Sequence record: NC_028999.1
Strand: one strand, 5' to 3'
DNA length: 64,000 bases
The translations under genes and the position numbers were made by a program. Below, piece after piece: positions 48,218-58,265 of the stretch. How positions within the stretch are numbered: the first letter of the stretch is position 1; every line of letters begins with the position of its first letter. The notes below the pieces were generated by a model that was not told the origin of the DNA, searched no databases, and was given only the letters and a program-made list of their open reading frames with translations.

Positions 48218-49033
48218 ATGACTCATCGTCCGACTCAAGAACAACTGCAACATTTTCGTAGCATGCGTGAAGCTCGTCGTGTTCGCTTCAATCCGGCTCA
48301 CCTCCCCCAGGGCACCGTAGTCGAAGCTGAGCTCCCCACCCTGAAGAACTACGACAACCCGGAACAAATGGTGATCCTGCCGGGTGACGTATACCCACGC
48401 GGTCAGTTCACCGTGGATTACTGCGGTCGTAACGGCGCTGACAGCTGGTACGTCGTGTGCTTCGAAGAAGATGAAGGCCTGGGCATCAAGCGTGGGTTCA
48501 ACATCTCCTGGGTGCGCAAGATCATCTCCCGTGGTACTGGTCCGGTTCTGACCGATGACCCGAACCGCGATACCACTTACCGACCCAACATGCACCCGCC
48601 GCGTTACCGCAGCTTCCCCAAGCCCAAGAACGCGTACTACATGGAAAGCCTGCGCATGGGTGTACATGGTATCCTGCAAAGCCATCCAGCGTTCAAAGAT
48701 CGTTGCCGCGATCACCTCTACGATCTGGAGAAGATCACCGCATGGCTCGAAAATCACCCGACCATTCAGGCCGGTGCTCATAAGACCACCTACATTCACT
48801 TCTACGTCATCAATAAGCGTAAGTTCCTCAAGCTACTGGAGCAAGCCATGACTTACGCCAAGACCAGCCGCCGCAAGGAACAAGAACGCAACAACCGTCT
48901 GGACTACGAGGCCAGCATGCGTGACCTCGATTCGTGCTTCGACGATGATGACGACATCCCGGTAGTTACCGATGAGGATACCACCTGGGAAACCCACTAT
49001 GATCCATCCGCTGAGGATTGGGTTGGTAATTAA
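48218..49033 (+). CDS. hypothetical early protein
   Basis: 271 aa, strong codon bias, acidic tail, followed by a terminator (49060-49090). Confidence 0.8.
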   Translation: MTHRPTQEQLQHFRSMREARRVRFNPAHLPQGTVVEAELPTLKNYDNPEQMVILPGDVYPRGQFTVDYCGRNGADSWYVVCFEEDEGLGIKRGFNISWVRKIISRGTGPVLTDDPNRDTTYRPNMHPPRYRSFPKPKNAYYMESLRMGVHGILQSHPAFKDRCRDHLYDLEKITAWLENHPTIQAGAHKTTYIHFYVINKRKFLKLLEQAMTYAKTSRRKEQERNNRLDYEASMRDLDSCFDDDDDIPVVTDEDTTWETHYDPSAEDWVGN

Positions 49034-49150
49034 TTCGTTGGTAACAACGCTTATACCCAGGGGCTCTTTGGAGCCCCATCTTTTTTTATTTCCACAAACG
49101 GCAGTACTTTTTATAACTAGACTTGCGTGTCGTTTTAGAGGGACTGAGAA

Positions 49151-49495
49151 ATGCCTGTACATCAACTCAATAGCCAATTGCTGATTAAGCACTCCCCTCA
49201 GTTCACCTATGACGATTCTGGTGTCCTGTTCAGTGCACGTAGCTACAAAGACCAGAATGACCAACCGAAGATCCATTGGGACGTATACAAGGGTAATGAT
49301 TACCACGGAGCTTTCGTACGCGTGGGTCATCCGAGTCTTCCGAACAAACTCCACTTCATCCAGTTGGAAATCTTCAAACGGTATTCACAATACACTAATC
49401 TGTGCAATCTGTACCAACTCGAACCAGTGATCAAGGAAGAGTACGATCTCCTGATCGCTAAACTCAACAAGCTGTATCACCTCAACATCGTCTAA
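49151..49495 (+). CDS. hypothetical protein
   Basis: GAGGGA RBS; 114 aa. Confidence 0.7.
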   Translation: MPVHQLNSQLLIKHSPQFTYDDSGVLFSARSYKDQNDQPKIHWDVYKGNDYHGAFVRVGHPSLPNKLHFIQLEIFKRYSQYTNLCNLYQLEPVIKEEYDLLIAKLNKLYHLNIV

Positions 49496-49509
49496 AAGGA
49501 AACTACAAG

Positions 49510-50580
49510 ATGATTCGTCTCCCTTCCACCGTTACCAACGTGTTCAGCCGTTCCGTCAACAACATCAACCAGTGGATGGACAAGAATGTAGGTTCAGTTT
49601 ACGCTGGTTTCCCCACGGCTGTCCTGGAATCCCCGGAAGCTGGTCACTGGCGTGAACTCGAAGCCGCTCCCCAGAACCATGTCTACATGGACATGCTCTG
49701 GGCTGAGGTAGCTCGTATCGGTCTGCGCATCTGCAACACCATTGATCGGGTCGACGTACGTCTGTACGTTGGTCTGTGTCGTCGGGATTGGTTCGACAAC
49801 GGTAACAGCGAACTGATCGAGATCTTTACCGAGCTCTATGACGGCGATCAGTGGTTCCGTACCGGTGAGCAGTACCTGCCGGTTGAGAAAGCCAATCAGA
49901 TCCCGGTGGTGCTGAACGCGCGGATCGCCTGTGGTTACTGGGACACCATCTGTCAACATGAAGTATACCTCGGGGGGTTGTATGATCCCAGTCGTATCGA
50001 CTGGCATTGGGACAATCCCTTCGTTACCCTGGCTAATCTCGAAATCCGCAGTACCTTCGTAGTACCCACCCTACTGCGTATGGTGAAACGCCTCGGCGTT
50101 ACTTCGCAGTTCCGTGGTATTGCTGACGACGCAAGTGTTGTGTTGGCGATCGACGGTATCGACGAAGCCGCCGCAATGCATGCCTCTGAACGCACCCGTG
50201 AGCACGAGGACATGGTAGTCCTCAAGCTGCGTGATGCGATCATGCGTTACATTCTCACCAGTGGCGGCTTCCAGGTACACTACCCGAACGGTAATCGCCT
50301 GCACTGCGGGCTGACCACTGGTAAATACTGGATCGATAATGACGAACGGAAATTGACTCACGTTACCATGACTCTCTACACGCCGGAACATGTTCACGGT
50401 ATCAATGGCGACCAACTGGAAGAGGTCTACTACTCCAACATGTCGGAAAACTTCGCTCCCGAAGACTACGACACCATCCTGAAAGCCCTCGATAAACGAC
50501 TGCGGGAACAGAACGATGTATCTGGTCTGGGTAGCCGTGTGGTCGACCTGTGGCGTGCAACTCAGATGTTCCCGGTATGA
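49510..50580 (+). CDS. hypothetical protein
   Basis: AAGGA RBS; 356 aa. Confidence 0.8.
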   Translation: MIRLPSTVTNVFSRSVNNINQWMDKNVGSVYAGFPTAVLESPEAGHWRELEAAPQNHVYMDMLWAEVARIGLRICNTIDRVDVRLYVGLCRRDWFDNGNSELIEIFTELYDGDQWFRTGEQYLPVEKANQIPVVLNARIACGYWDTICQHEVYLGGLYDPSRIDWHWDNPFVTLANLEIRSTFVVPTLLRMVKRLGVTSQFRGIADDASVVLAIDGIDEAAAMHASERTREHEDMVVLKLRDAIMRYILTSGGFQVHYPNGNRLHCGLTTGKYWIDNDERKLTHVTMTLYTPEHVHGINGDQLEEVYYSNMSENFAPEDYDTILKALDKRLREQNDVSGLGSRVVDLWRATQMFPV

Positions 50581-50810
50581 ATTGCGGTGTAACGGATTTC
50601 GATGTCTACTTGACCATCGTGTTCTTTTTCATTGCAGGTGCGATGTGGCTCTGGTATATTCTTGGAATGTACCTACCTACTGAGGTCTACAAGAACGAAC
50701 CCGACCACAAGAAGGATGAGTACTTCCAGAAAATGCTGTACGTAGCCTTGGGTGCCTCAGGCCTGGCTGTCGCTCAATACCTCTTCCTAAAAGGACTTTC
50801 CAATGTCTAA
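50577..50810 (+). CDS. two-TM small membrane protein
   Basis: ATGA overlap; two hydrophobic helices. Confidence 0.65.
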   Translation: MNCGVTDFDVYLTIVFFFIAGAMWLWYILGMYLPTEVYKNEPDHKKDEYFQKMLYVALGASGLAVAQYLFLKGLSNV

Positions 50811-51072
50811 CAAGCTTGGTAAGAAACACCCGAACTACAGCAATCAAAGTGAAGCCATGGCTAAGCTGATCGCCCGTAAGGATAAATTCGGGCGCCCCAT
50901 GGTTCGTCGTTATACCCCACACATCCTGGATGCGTGGTCGAAACTGCGTGACAAGCTCATGCATCCCTTCCAGGACCAGTACGAGGAGTCCCGCATCTCT
51001 CCGGCGAAACGGGCATACTACCTCAAGCTGGACAAGTACTACAACCGCTCCATTAACGGTAAGGACATCTGA
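50803..51072 (+). CDS. basic hypothetical protein
   Basis: AAAGGA RBS. Confidence 0.7.
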   Translation: MSNKLGKKHPNYSNQSEAMAKLIARKDKFGRPMVRRYTPHILDAWSKLRDKLMHPFQDQYEESRISPAKRAYYLKLDKYYNRSINGKDI

Positions 51073-51209
51073 TGGACGAGCGCTACCAGGAATACCGCAC
51101 CATGTTCACCGACCCGTTCGCGGGTCAAACTCGTAACCAACGGAGGGTTGCCAAGAAGCTTGCCGAGAAGGAAACGCGCAAGCTCCTCCAGCGCACCCGC
51201 CAGAAGTAA
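51072..51209 (+). CDS. small basic protein (45 aa)
   Basis: TGATG overlap, AAGGA RBS, followed by a terminator at 51211-51241. Confidence 0.6.
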   Translation: MDERYQEYRTMFTDPFAGQTRNQRRVAKKLAEKETRKLLQRTRQK

Positions 51210-51270
51210 TGACATAAAGCCCCTCCCTTCGGGGAGGGGTGTTCTATTTAATTTTTAACAGGGAAATCCA

Positions 51271-51600
51271 ATGGAAGACTTCTACGAAATCAATCTGTTC
51301 CAGGTCGAACGTGTAAAGACCACTATCGGTGACGAGATGGTTGTCGTCGTTCAGGTTGTTACCATGGACAAACGCAAAGCATATGGCGTGCTGGCCGTTG
51401 AAGGTGCTCTGTCCGCTAATGGGGTGATCAAGTTCACTGAGGACCGCCAGTATGCGCGTTACTTCTTCACCGGGTCAGTGGCTAAGGTTTACGCTGAAGC
51501 CTATGCCAATTACCTGCGCTACAACATGGACGAACAAGATTACCTCGACATGAACAGCGGTTACAACTATTCCGAATTCATGAATCTGGTAACCCGCTGA
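51271..51600 (+). CDS. hypothetical protein
   Basis: 109-aa ORF with RBS. Confidence 0.7.
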   Translation: MEDFYEINLFQVERVKTTIGDEMVVVVQVVTMDKRKAYGVLAVEGALSANGVIKFTEDRQYARYFFTGSVAKVYAEAYANYLRYNMDEQDYLDMNSGYNYSEFMNLVTR

Positions 51601-51607
51601 GGTAGCT

Positions 51608-52027
51608 ATGGAAAAGATGTTAGAATCGTTCAAGTTCCACAACAAGCATGTTGTGGTGAACTTCGAATATGATGTAAAGAACGACATCTGGCGCCGTGTT
51701 AAGCCCATCGTTCCTATTGGCACTGGTACCGGTAGCATTCCCATTGAAGATCCTGTCGGTGAGCTACTGAACATTCGCTGGGTAGACTGGCAGAAAGCGT
51801 GGCGCGGTGGCGAACAAAAACAATTGTTGGAAGATCGGGTTATCGAACTGAATCCCGAACTAGTCGAAGCTATCCTCGACACTGAATATCTCCAGGAGGA
51901 CTACAATCGCGATGAAGGTCTGGTACAAGTTCGTTACCAGATCTCGAACGATTATCATAATCGTGAGTTCGCTCGCGATTCCGTTAAACGTATCATCGAA
52001 GCCTACAACAAACTCAAGGTGTACTAA
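51608..52027 (+). CDS. hypothetical protein
   Basis: GAGGT RBS. Confidence 0.7.
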   Translation: MEKMLESFKFHNKHVVVNFEYDVKNDIWRRVKPIVPIGTGTGSIPIEDPVGELLNIRWVDWQKAWRGGEQKQLLEDRVIELNPELVEAILDTEYLQEDYNRDEGLVQVRYQISNDYHNREFARDSVKRIIEAYNKLKVY

Positions 52028-52452
52028 TGAGTCTGGAAAAAAGAGATGAAGCGGTAATTTACACCCATGTTGAAACCGGTGGATTGTACTACCGTAACGG
52101 TATTGCCGAAGGTGGTCATGGAAGACAAGTGGTGTTCACCAGCTACTTCGGCGGTAATGTGATGTACATGAGCGAGGCTGATTTCCAAACGGTAATGAAA
52201 CCAGCTAAAACATACGGCTTACGATTCGCTCGGACCTGGGCACCAGCCAAGTGGATAATGGTTATGTTCGCTGGTCTCATCGTTAGTCTTACCTACTATT
52301 CGATTTCTGGTAAGGTGGTCAGTGTCAATAAGTACGCAGAAGCGCTGACACTCATCATCGTAATTTCCAGTATCATGCGTTATCCGATCACATGGCTGTA
52401 TTTCTGGAAATACAATGGGCGTGAGAAAGGTATCGCTTTCTTCAAAGACTAG
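52027..52452 (+). CDS. two-TM membrane protein
   Basis: TAATG overlap; two C-terminal TM helices. Confidence 0.7.
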   Translation: MSLEKRDEAVIYTHVETGGLYYRNGIAEGGHGRQVVFTSYFGGNVMYMSEADFQTVMKPAKTYGLRFARTWAPAKWIMVMFAGLIVSLTYYSISGKVVSVNKYAEALTLIIVISSIMRYPITWLYFWKYNGREKGIAFFKD

Positions 52453-52539
52453 GGGAATTCGACGCTGATGGTTCTCGCGTTATTCATGGACGTCCTGCGT
52501 TAATTCGGTCCGGTTTCACCGGGTCTGTAACCTCCAACT

Positions 52540-52580
52540 GGGAGCCCTTCGGGGCTCCCTTTTATTTCCTTCTTTTTTTT
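52540..52580 (+). terminator. Rho-independent terminator ending the early cluster
   Basis: GGGAGCCC-TTCG-GGGCTCCC plus a long T tract. Confidence 0.85.
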
Positions 52581-52596
52581 TTGTTTTAGGCTAAGA

Positions 52597-52645
52597 CGAC
52601 ATAAAGGATAGGGAGAAGCGGTACGTCATGTCCGCTTCTCCCTAT
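52597..52645 (-). terminator. minus-strand terminator
   Basis: 14-bp stem ATAGGGAGAAGCGG / CCGCTTCTCCCTAT with the family flank. Confidence 0.65.
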
Positions 52646-53260
52646 TGCAGCTCCCACGGCCTGATAGGAACCACATAATAACCGGCATCAGATATCTTGA
52701 GCTTCATTTGTGGATGCTCCTCTTGAGCTTAGCATTTTTCACTTCCAGATCTCCAATAACCACAATTGTTCGGCTTACAGGTTTCCAGTCAGGTAGATTA
52801 CCAGCAGTAGGGTATCTAACTTAAAGGAAATCGCAGCTTTGTCTTCACGTAGTATTACTACAGCTGAGTATATTTTTTAATCAATGTCTATTGAGTATTG
52901 TTTTAATAGAGGTTTTTGAAGATTATACTGGGGTTAGTTATGATTCTGTAGACGAAGGAAAAGGATCCTCCGGAGGAGGGGGGTTTTATTTAATAATAAA
53001 CAGAGTTACGTTAGTAACTCATTCCTTATTCTTCTCTTATAAAGTCCTTAGTCTGTTAAACTAAAATCCTTATTCCTAAGCGTAAGCTAAATATACTACA
53101 AGCCTCCCCTCAAAGGGAGGCGTTTATGTTGTATTATATTTTTGTTTAAGTTATTATAAATGTCGACGCTAAGGCCTCTATTTTGCGTTTCTATGCATTA
53201 TCTCCATTAAAGGGTACCGATGGCCATTACGGCATAAAGCTCCCCGTAGGGAGCCGTATG

Positions 53261-53671
53261 TTAAACTACACCAAATACTAGGTCGTAACCACGTTTAGCA
53301 CCATTGCTGGTAATAGCACGGGCATCACTGAGGGTGTAGGACTGTGGAGTGGTAGCGTCTTCGTTAGTAGCGAAGTCGATAATGTAGCCAGCTTGGAACG
53401 CATGTCCCCAACCACTACGAACTTCACCGTTTATTGCAGTACCGAAAACTTTCTGCCATTCTTCACTGGTAACGCGCATGACGTCCAGTAGAACCCATTG
53501 ACGAGCTACTACGAGAATATTGATCGGCTCAGCCTTAATGAACGCTTTGGCAATAACGGTACGCAGTTCTTCCAGCATCGCTTTAACACGATCACGGTAT
53601 TGTTGACGTTCTTTATCTACTTTAGCCATCTGGTCCAGTTCATCAACACTGGGGTATACGTCACAGAGCAT
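53261..53671 (-). CDS. hypothetical protein
   Basis: AAGGAGG RBS; terminator at 53231-53262. Confidence 0.75.
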   Translation of the reverse strand: MLCDVYPSVDELDQMAKVDKERQQYRDRVKAMLEELRTVIAKAFIKAEPINILVVARQWVLLDVMRVTSEEWQKVFGTAINGEVRSGWGHAFQAGYIIDFATNEDATTPQSYTLSDARAITSNGAKRGYDLVFGVV

Positions 53672-53746
53672 CTTGAGACCTCCTTTTCTCTTGTTCTACC
53701 ATGACCATTACAGCACGACATAGCGCCTGCATGTCTCTTACTTGAC

Positions 53747-54130
53747 TCATACATCCCCCAACGCTAAACGAACTAGGTCGTCGACGTCTAAATCCCAAAA
53801 GATACGGTTAAACCCAACACAGTCACACCACGCATAATCTCCATCGGGCATTGGCCAAGGTTTCTGGAAGACTTCAACCAGTACATTGTAACGCAGGTAC
53901 AGTTCATGAATCAGACCTTCACGACGCTCATTAACTTCAGCTTCAGAGATCTGATCGATTGGCCACGGGAATCCATTAGAGAGTTCAAACGAAACACTAG
54001 CAATCAGATTACGGATTGCAATAAGGTTCTGACTCGTTGAGTAAATCCGGATGGCCGTAGGACGCCTTTCCCTGGCGTTAAAAAGAATGTAGTTCTTGAT
54101 GCCTGACATCAAGCTGTCGATTGCCGCCAT
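53747..54130 (-). CDS. hypothetical protein
   Basis: AAGG RBS; 127 aa. Confidence 0.7.
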   Translation of the reverse strand: MAAIDSLMSGIKNYILFNARERRPTAIRIYSTSQNLIAIRNLIASVSFELSNGFPWPIDQISEAEVNERREGLIHELYLRYNVLVEVFQKPWPMPDGDYAWCDCVGFNRIFWDLDVDDLVRLALGDV

Positions 54131-54185
54131 TTATTCTTACCTTGTAAGGGATTGAATAAAGCCTCCCCGAAGGGAGGCCCTACTA

Positions 54186-54554
54186 TTAATTAGACCAAGC
54201 GTCATCGTCCATACCACCGATAATGCTACCCGGAACAATTTTGAGCGAGTAGTCTTCTTCTTTATCGATGTCCCATGGGATAATGCCACACGAACTGAAC
54301 GGCAGAAGAACATATTGGTCTTCTTCAGACGTCACAGTGTTCCGGTGCTTACCCCGTTGGATGGCGAGATACGATTTGCCTTTCACTTTGATGATGTGGT
54401 GGAACAGTTCTAGGTCAGGTTCCTGACCCAGTCGACGGCAACCGTCATAATAGCCTTTGTTGGCTACAACCTTCACGAAGTCTTCGGTGTTCTCCCGCAT
54501 GAGCTGGAGGGCATCAGAGCCGAGCTGGTGAGGACTGATAAACGTGATACCTCT
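54186..54554 (-). CDS. dnaB: DnaB-like replicative helicase, exon 2
   Basis: RGITFISPHQL (motif H3), then SKGKHR-like RGKHR and LLPF..GIIPWD; in frame with exon 1 after splicing. Confidence 0.87.
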   Translation of the reverse strand, partial: RGITFISPHQLGSDALQLMRENTEDFVKVVANKGYYDGCRRLGQEPDLELFHHIIKVKGKSYLAIQRGKHRNTVTSEEDQYVLLPFSSCGIIPWDIDKEEDYSLKIVPGSIIGGMDDDAWSN

Positions 54555-56344
54555 CGATGTGTTCAGTAAGGTTCGTTACACCTTACCCGCGCCATTATGC
54601 GCAGCTCCAGGCTTTCCCTGGATGTCCAGACTATATCTTCACCCTCGGTTTCCCGATAGGGTGCTTCCCACTTCGAGTTCACTTGAACTCTACTCCCCAC
54701 TACGGGATAGTCGTTGAACCTTCTCCGTGCCTTTCGGTTTAGGAGCTTGGCTGCTGATTGTCCAATTTCTACACTTGTTAAACCTTCATAGACTCCTTTC
54801 GGGTCTATTGTGGTAGTAGAACTCTGAAGGAGTTTCCAGCAATTCAGGAAGTACTCGTAAAGCATTACGGCTTTACGGCCCTAAATAAGTAACCCTTAGT
54901 TTCCTTATTAGTGCTCAGATTTAATCGAATTGTTTTCTCGTTTAGACCGGTTAGACGAGCTGCTTCTTTAATAGAAGCAACCTCAGTTATAACACCGGTA
55001 TTCACGCAGGTAACCAGAATGGCTTTAGCTTGTATTGGCTTGTCGATATACGCCGAATTATCGTACTTATTCGAATCCGTGCGGATTATCCAACGCTTAG
55101 CGTAGATGTATTTCAATCCACGACTTAGGTCGACTTGCAACTCCGCTTTAGATCTCCCACAGTGATTCGCTATCTCCTGTAAAGTAGCGAAGACATGGAG
55201 AGTATTCGTTTCTAGATCACTTACGTAGTAAGGTCCAGACAGATTATTCCTACTGTAATGAATTTCACAGTGCGGAACATGCTCTTTAAAACGAATGACG
55301 AAGTTGTCGATGGTTTCGAACCGATATGGTATTCCATACGCTGTCGCAATCTGTTTTACACGATTGAACTTCCGGCTCTGTCCAGTCCGCGTATCGAAAA
55401 CCGTTATGGTGAATATCGATTTACCAACTTTAAAATCGTTTATATCAACTGTTTCGTAATGCCATGGTGTTAAGTCATCCATGGTTTTTATTTCATACCG
55501 CTTGCCCCAAAGATAACCAGGCAGTTTAGTTTGAAAACTTACAGTTGAGTTACCTACACCAATACCGAGACTTCTGTTCATCTCGCTAATGGACCTGTAC
55601 GCAGTAACTTCTCCAGTTAGGACATCCCTAACCTTCGTACCAATAGGTGTTCCATTAAGACCGACTTCCAATGCATGCTGTGCATTTTCCGAAGCATCAC
55701 ACCATTCTAGGTTAGATACGTCGTTATTGGTCTTAACTCCATCAATATGGTTAACGAGCGGTCTTTTTACGAAACATTCGTTTGGAACCCATGCCAAAGC
55801 TACTAACCGATGAAATTTTACGGTACGATTGCAATTTCGATCGGGTACTCTGATATAACACGTGTAGTAACCTTTATCATCGAGTTTCACATCCGTGATA
55901 ATCGAATTCGTTTTGGTATCTAGCACATGCCCATTGGTATCAATAGCGTATCTTGGGTAGTTTGGTATATGCCTGAACCCATCGCAGTAGTAAATCGGTT
56001 CTGCGAATGTCATTATCTTTCCGCACCTTATTCTCAAAAGCGTGTTGTCCACGTCTTTGAAAATTATTTTGTCAAGGTGTTGGGATAGATTGGGAATGTC
56101 TTCACATTCGTACCAAGCAAGTAGACTGAGCCACTCGACTGTGACTGTATACTTTTTACCAAATAGAACGATATTAACTAATCCATTCTCTTCCGGTAGG
56201 GAAACATGTTTCCCCAATCGGTCAAATATTTGACCGTTTAAATCAATTCGGTATTCTGAACTACCAGGAATCTTTTTAATCACAGCCACACCCCAAGTTA
56301 AAAAATCAACTATAGGATATCTGTAATTAAAGGTAGGTAATTTA
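54555..56344 (-). mobile_element. group I intron (IA2-like), 1790 nt, encoding an HNH endonuclease
   Basis: CCU|UAA 5' splice site; P AAUUGCUGGAAA, Q AAUCAGCAGC, R GUUCAACGACUA, S GAAGAUAUAGUC; terminal G at 54555. Confidence 0.9.
54865..56289 (-). CDS. intron-encoded NUMOD4-HNH homing endonuclease
   Basis: IPNYPRYAIDTNG (NUMOD4), HRLVALAW, NHIDGVKTNNDVSNLEW, C-terminal NUMOD1-like SIKEAARLTG. Confidence 0.9.
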   Translation of the reverse strand: MAVIKKIPGSSEYRIDLNGQIFDRLGKHVSLPEENGLVNIVLFGKKYTVTVEWLSLLAWYECEDIPNLSQHLDKIIFKDVDNTLLRIRCGKIMTFAEPIYYCDGFRHIPNYPRYAIDTNGHVLDTKTNSIITDVKLDDKGYYTCYIRVPDRNCNRTVKFHRLVALAWVPNECFVKRPLVNHIDGVKTNNDVSNLEWCDASENAQHALEVGLNGTPIGTKVRDVLTGEVTAYRSISEMNRSLGIGVGNSTVSFQTKLPGYLWGKRYEIKTMDDLTPWHYETVDINDFKVGKSIFTITVFDTRTGQSRKFNRVKQIATAYGIPYRFETIDNFVIRFKEHVPHCEIHYSRNNLSGPYYVSDLETNTLHVFATLQEIANHCGRSKAELQVDLSRGLKYIYAKRWIIRTDSNKYDNSAYIDKPIQAKAILVTCVNTGVITEVASIKEAARLTGLNEKTIRLNLSTNKETKGYLFRAVKP

Positions 56345-57511
56345 AGGAGTGGTATAGTTCCTCATGCGACGGAACAGCAGACGAATATCATCACCTGCTA
56401 CTTTCGCATCCAGACCAGTCTTTGGTAGCATGTTCAGGTAGTCAACCATCAGCATCTGGATTTCGTAACCCTGGGACTGGAGACCATCAAGGTAGTTGGT
56501 GAAACCACCAATGGTAAATTCAGTCGGGTCAAAACGGATCATCTTAACGTTGAAACCGTTCTCTTGCAGACGTGCACAGACATAAGCCGCAGCTTCTCGT
56601 TTGTCGATGTCAGCAACAATGATCTCTTCACCCGTTTCATTCTCACGGATATACTTGTAAATAGTTAGCAAGTTATCAGAGATTTCGTTTTCCAACGTAA
56701 CAAACAGCAACAGAGGCTTCTTCGTCTTGTCACGCATGAACGGACGGTTAAACAGAGCGATGTGCGAGAACAGCAACATTAGCATGTATGACTTGAAGTT
56801 GTGTTGCAGAGCCGCAGTGGTGATAAACTCGCCTCGACGAAATGCCCCCAAGCTACCCAGGATACGGTTAAATCCTTTCCAACCTGTTTTGAATGCACCG
56901 TCAGCAGACAGAGTAGTCTGTACCTGCTCAAAGAAATCTTCTACTGCTTCAGGCTCACTGAAGTCCAAGCAACCCATTTCAGCTGGGTGTCTACTTTCAG
57001 CACGCGCTTTGACATACGGATCGAGCTTAGCGCCCATCTCGTTAATAGCACCAGCGATATCGCCACTACCGCCACGGTTGAAAAGAAGCTTCTGCGAATA
57101 CTCTCGAACGATCTGCTTGATCTTTTCATCATTGAGGTGTGCGTTCAGCGCACTGCGACGAGAGTTGATAGCCCGCATAATGGACATCCCGTCAGGGAAA
57201 TCCTCTTTTACGCCATTGACTACCGCTTCGTACAGATAGTTTTCTTCCCGGCAACTCACTTGTACGGCTTGTAGAACTTCCGCCAAACTCGGGAAATCGT
57301 GCTTTGCTTTACTGTTCAGATCACCGACGAGCTTACGTAGTTCTAAGAACGTTTGCCGACCATGGTCGTGGTCAACAGTGGTATCACGGACTTCCAGTGT
57401 ATTGATGATTTCCGATATCAGTTCAGTTGATGGTGCAGCAGGAGAATCTTCACGGTGTTCCAAGCACAGCAGGGTAACACACTGTACGAGCAGTTGTTTC
57501 GGGGAGGACAT
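56345..57511 (-). CDS. dnaB: DnaB-like replicative helicase (phiKZ gp118-like), exon 1
   Basis: GWKGFNRILG, FRRGE, divergent Walker A ALQHNFKS, VTLEN, Walker B MVDYL; spliced product about 511 aa. Confidence 0.9.
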
Positions 57512-57645
57512 TTACAGCATCCTTGAGTGTGAATTTTTTAATGATGTACCGTGTACCATTTTGTTTCTAGGTAATTTGTCGCTAAAAATAATGCATATTC
57601 CTATGTAGACTGTTTTTAAGCCTTGGTCCACTATAGGTCTTACCG

Positions 57646-58188
57646 ATGATCAAGTTACTCGTTATCCCTGAAGCTGTCTTCGATCAGTATAAAGCTGATG
57701 GCGTGGACTTTAGCAAATTGCTGTGTCCCAACTATATAGCTTCCGTAAGTTCGGTAAACGACCTTGCGGAGATTGATGCGGTTATCAACGAATTTCAGTT
57801 CCCGTTCTGCTCTGCCACTCCGATCGAGAAGGCAGAGAGTCCGGTGGTTGGGATTGCCATTAAGGCGAACTCAGATTGTGATGAACAATTCAAGATGCAA
57901 GAATTGCACAATCGTTTAGAGGAACGAATTGCCACCTTGGCACTCCGGAAAGGTAATGAACCACCTTTTGTAGGCGTTTATTACCTTTATCCTGTAGATG
58001 AGAATCTTTGGGTTGCGGTGCAGAAGAGTCTGCATACAAACAATGTCGATCCTAACCGGCTCTCTCTTAAGGCTAACCATAGCTTCTTCGATAGTATGGT
58101 TAATGAGCTGACGGCGCTACCTGGTTTCAAGTTTGAGCAGGCCGCCAACACCAATCTCTTCACTTATTATCTGGAATCACAAGGCTAA
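57646..58188 (+). CDS. hypothetical protein upstream of the capsid gene
   Basis: 180 aa; preceded by a CCTATGT late-like motif. Confidence 0.7.
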   Translation: MIKLLVIPEAVFDQYKADGVDFSKLLCPNYIASVSSVNDLAEIDAVINEFQFPFCSATPIEKAESPVVGIAIKANSDCDEQFKMQELHNRLEERIATLALRKGNEPPFVGVYYLYPVDENLWVAVQKSLHTNNVDPNRLSLKANHSFFDSMVNELTALPGFKFEQAANTNLFTYYLESQG

Positions 58189-58265
58189 CATCCGGATCAT
58201 TCCTAGCCTTGTAATTGAAAGATATTTGCTAAACCAATACCCATCCTGCGTAGGAAACAACAGAA

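Noticed and set aside
54186-54500. Stand-alone 104-aa gene
   Set aside because: It is dnaB exon 2, extending upstream to 54554
54563-54865. 100-aa ORF (MLYEYF...)
   Set aside because: Translation of the intron catalytic core; GQSAAKLL is the Q element read as protein
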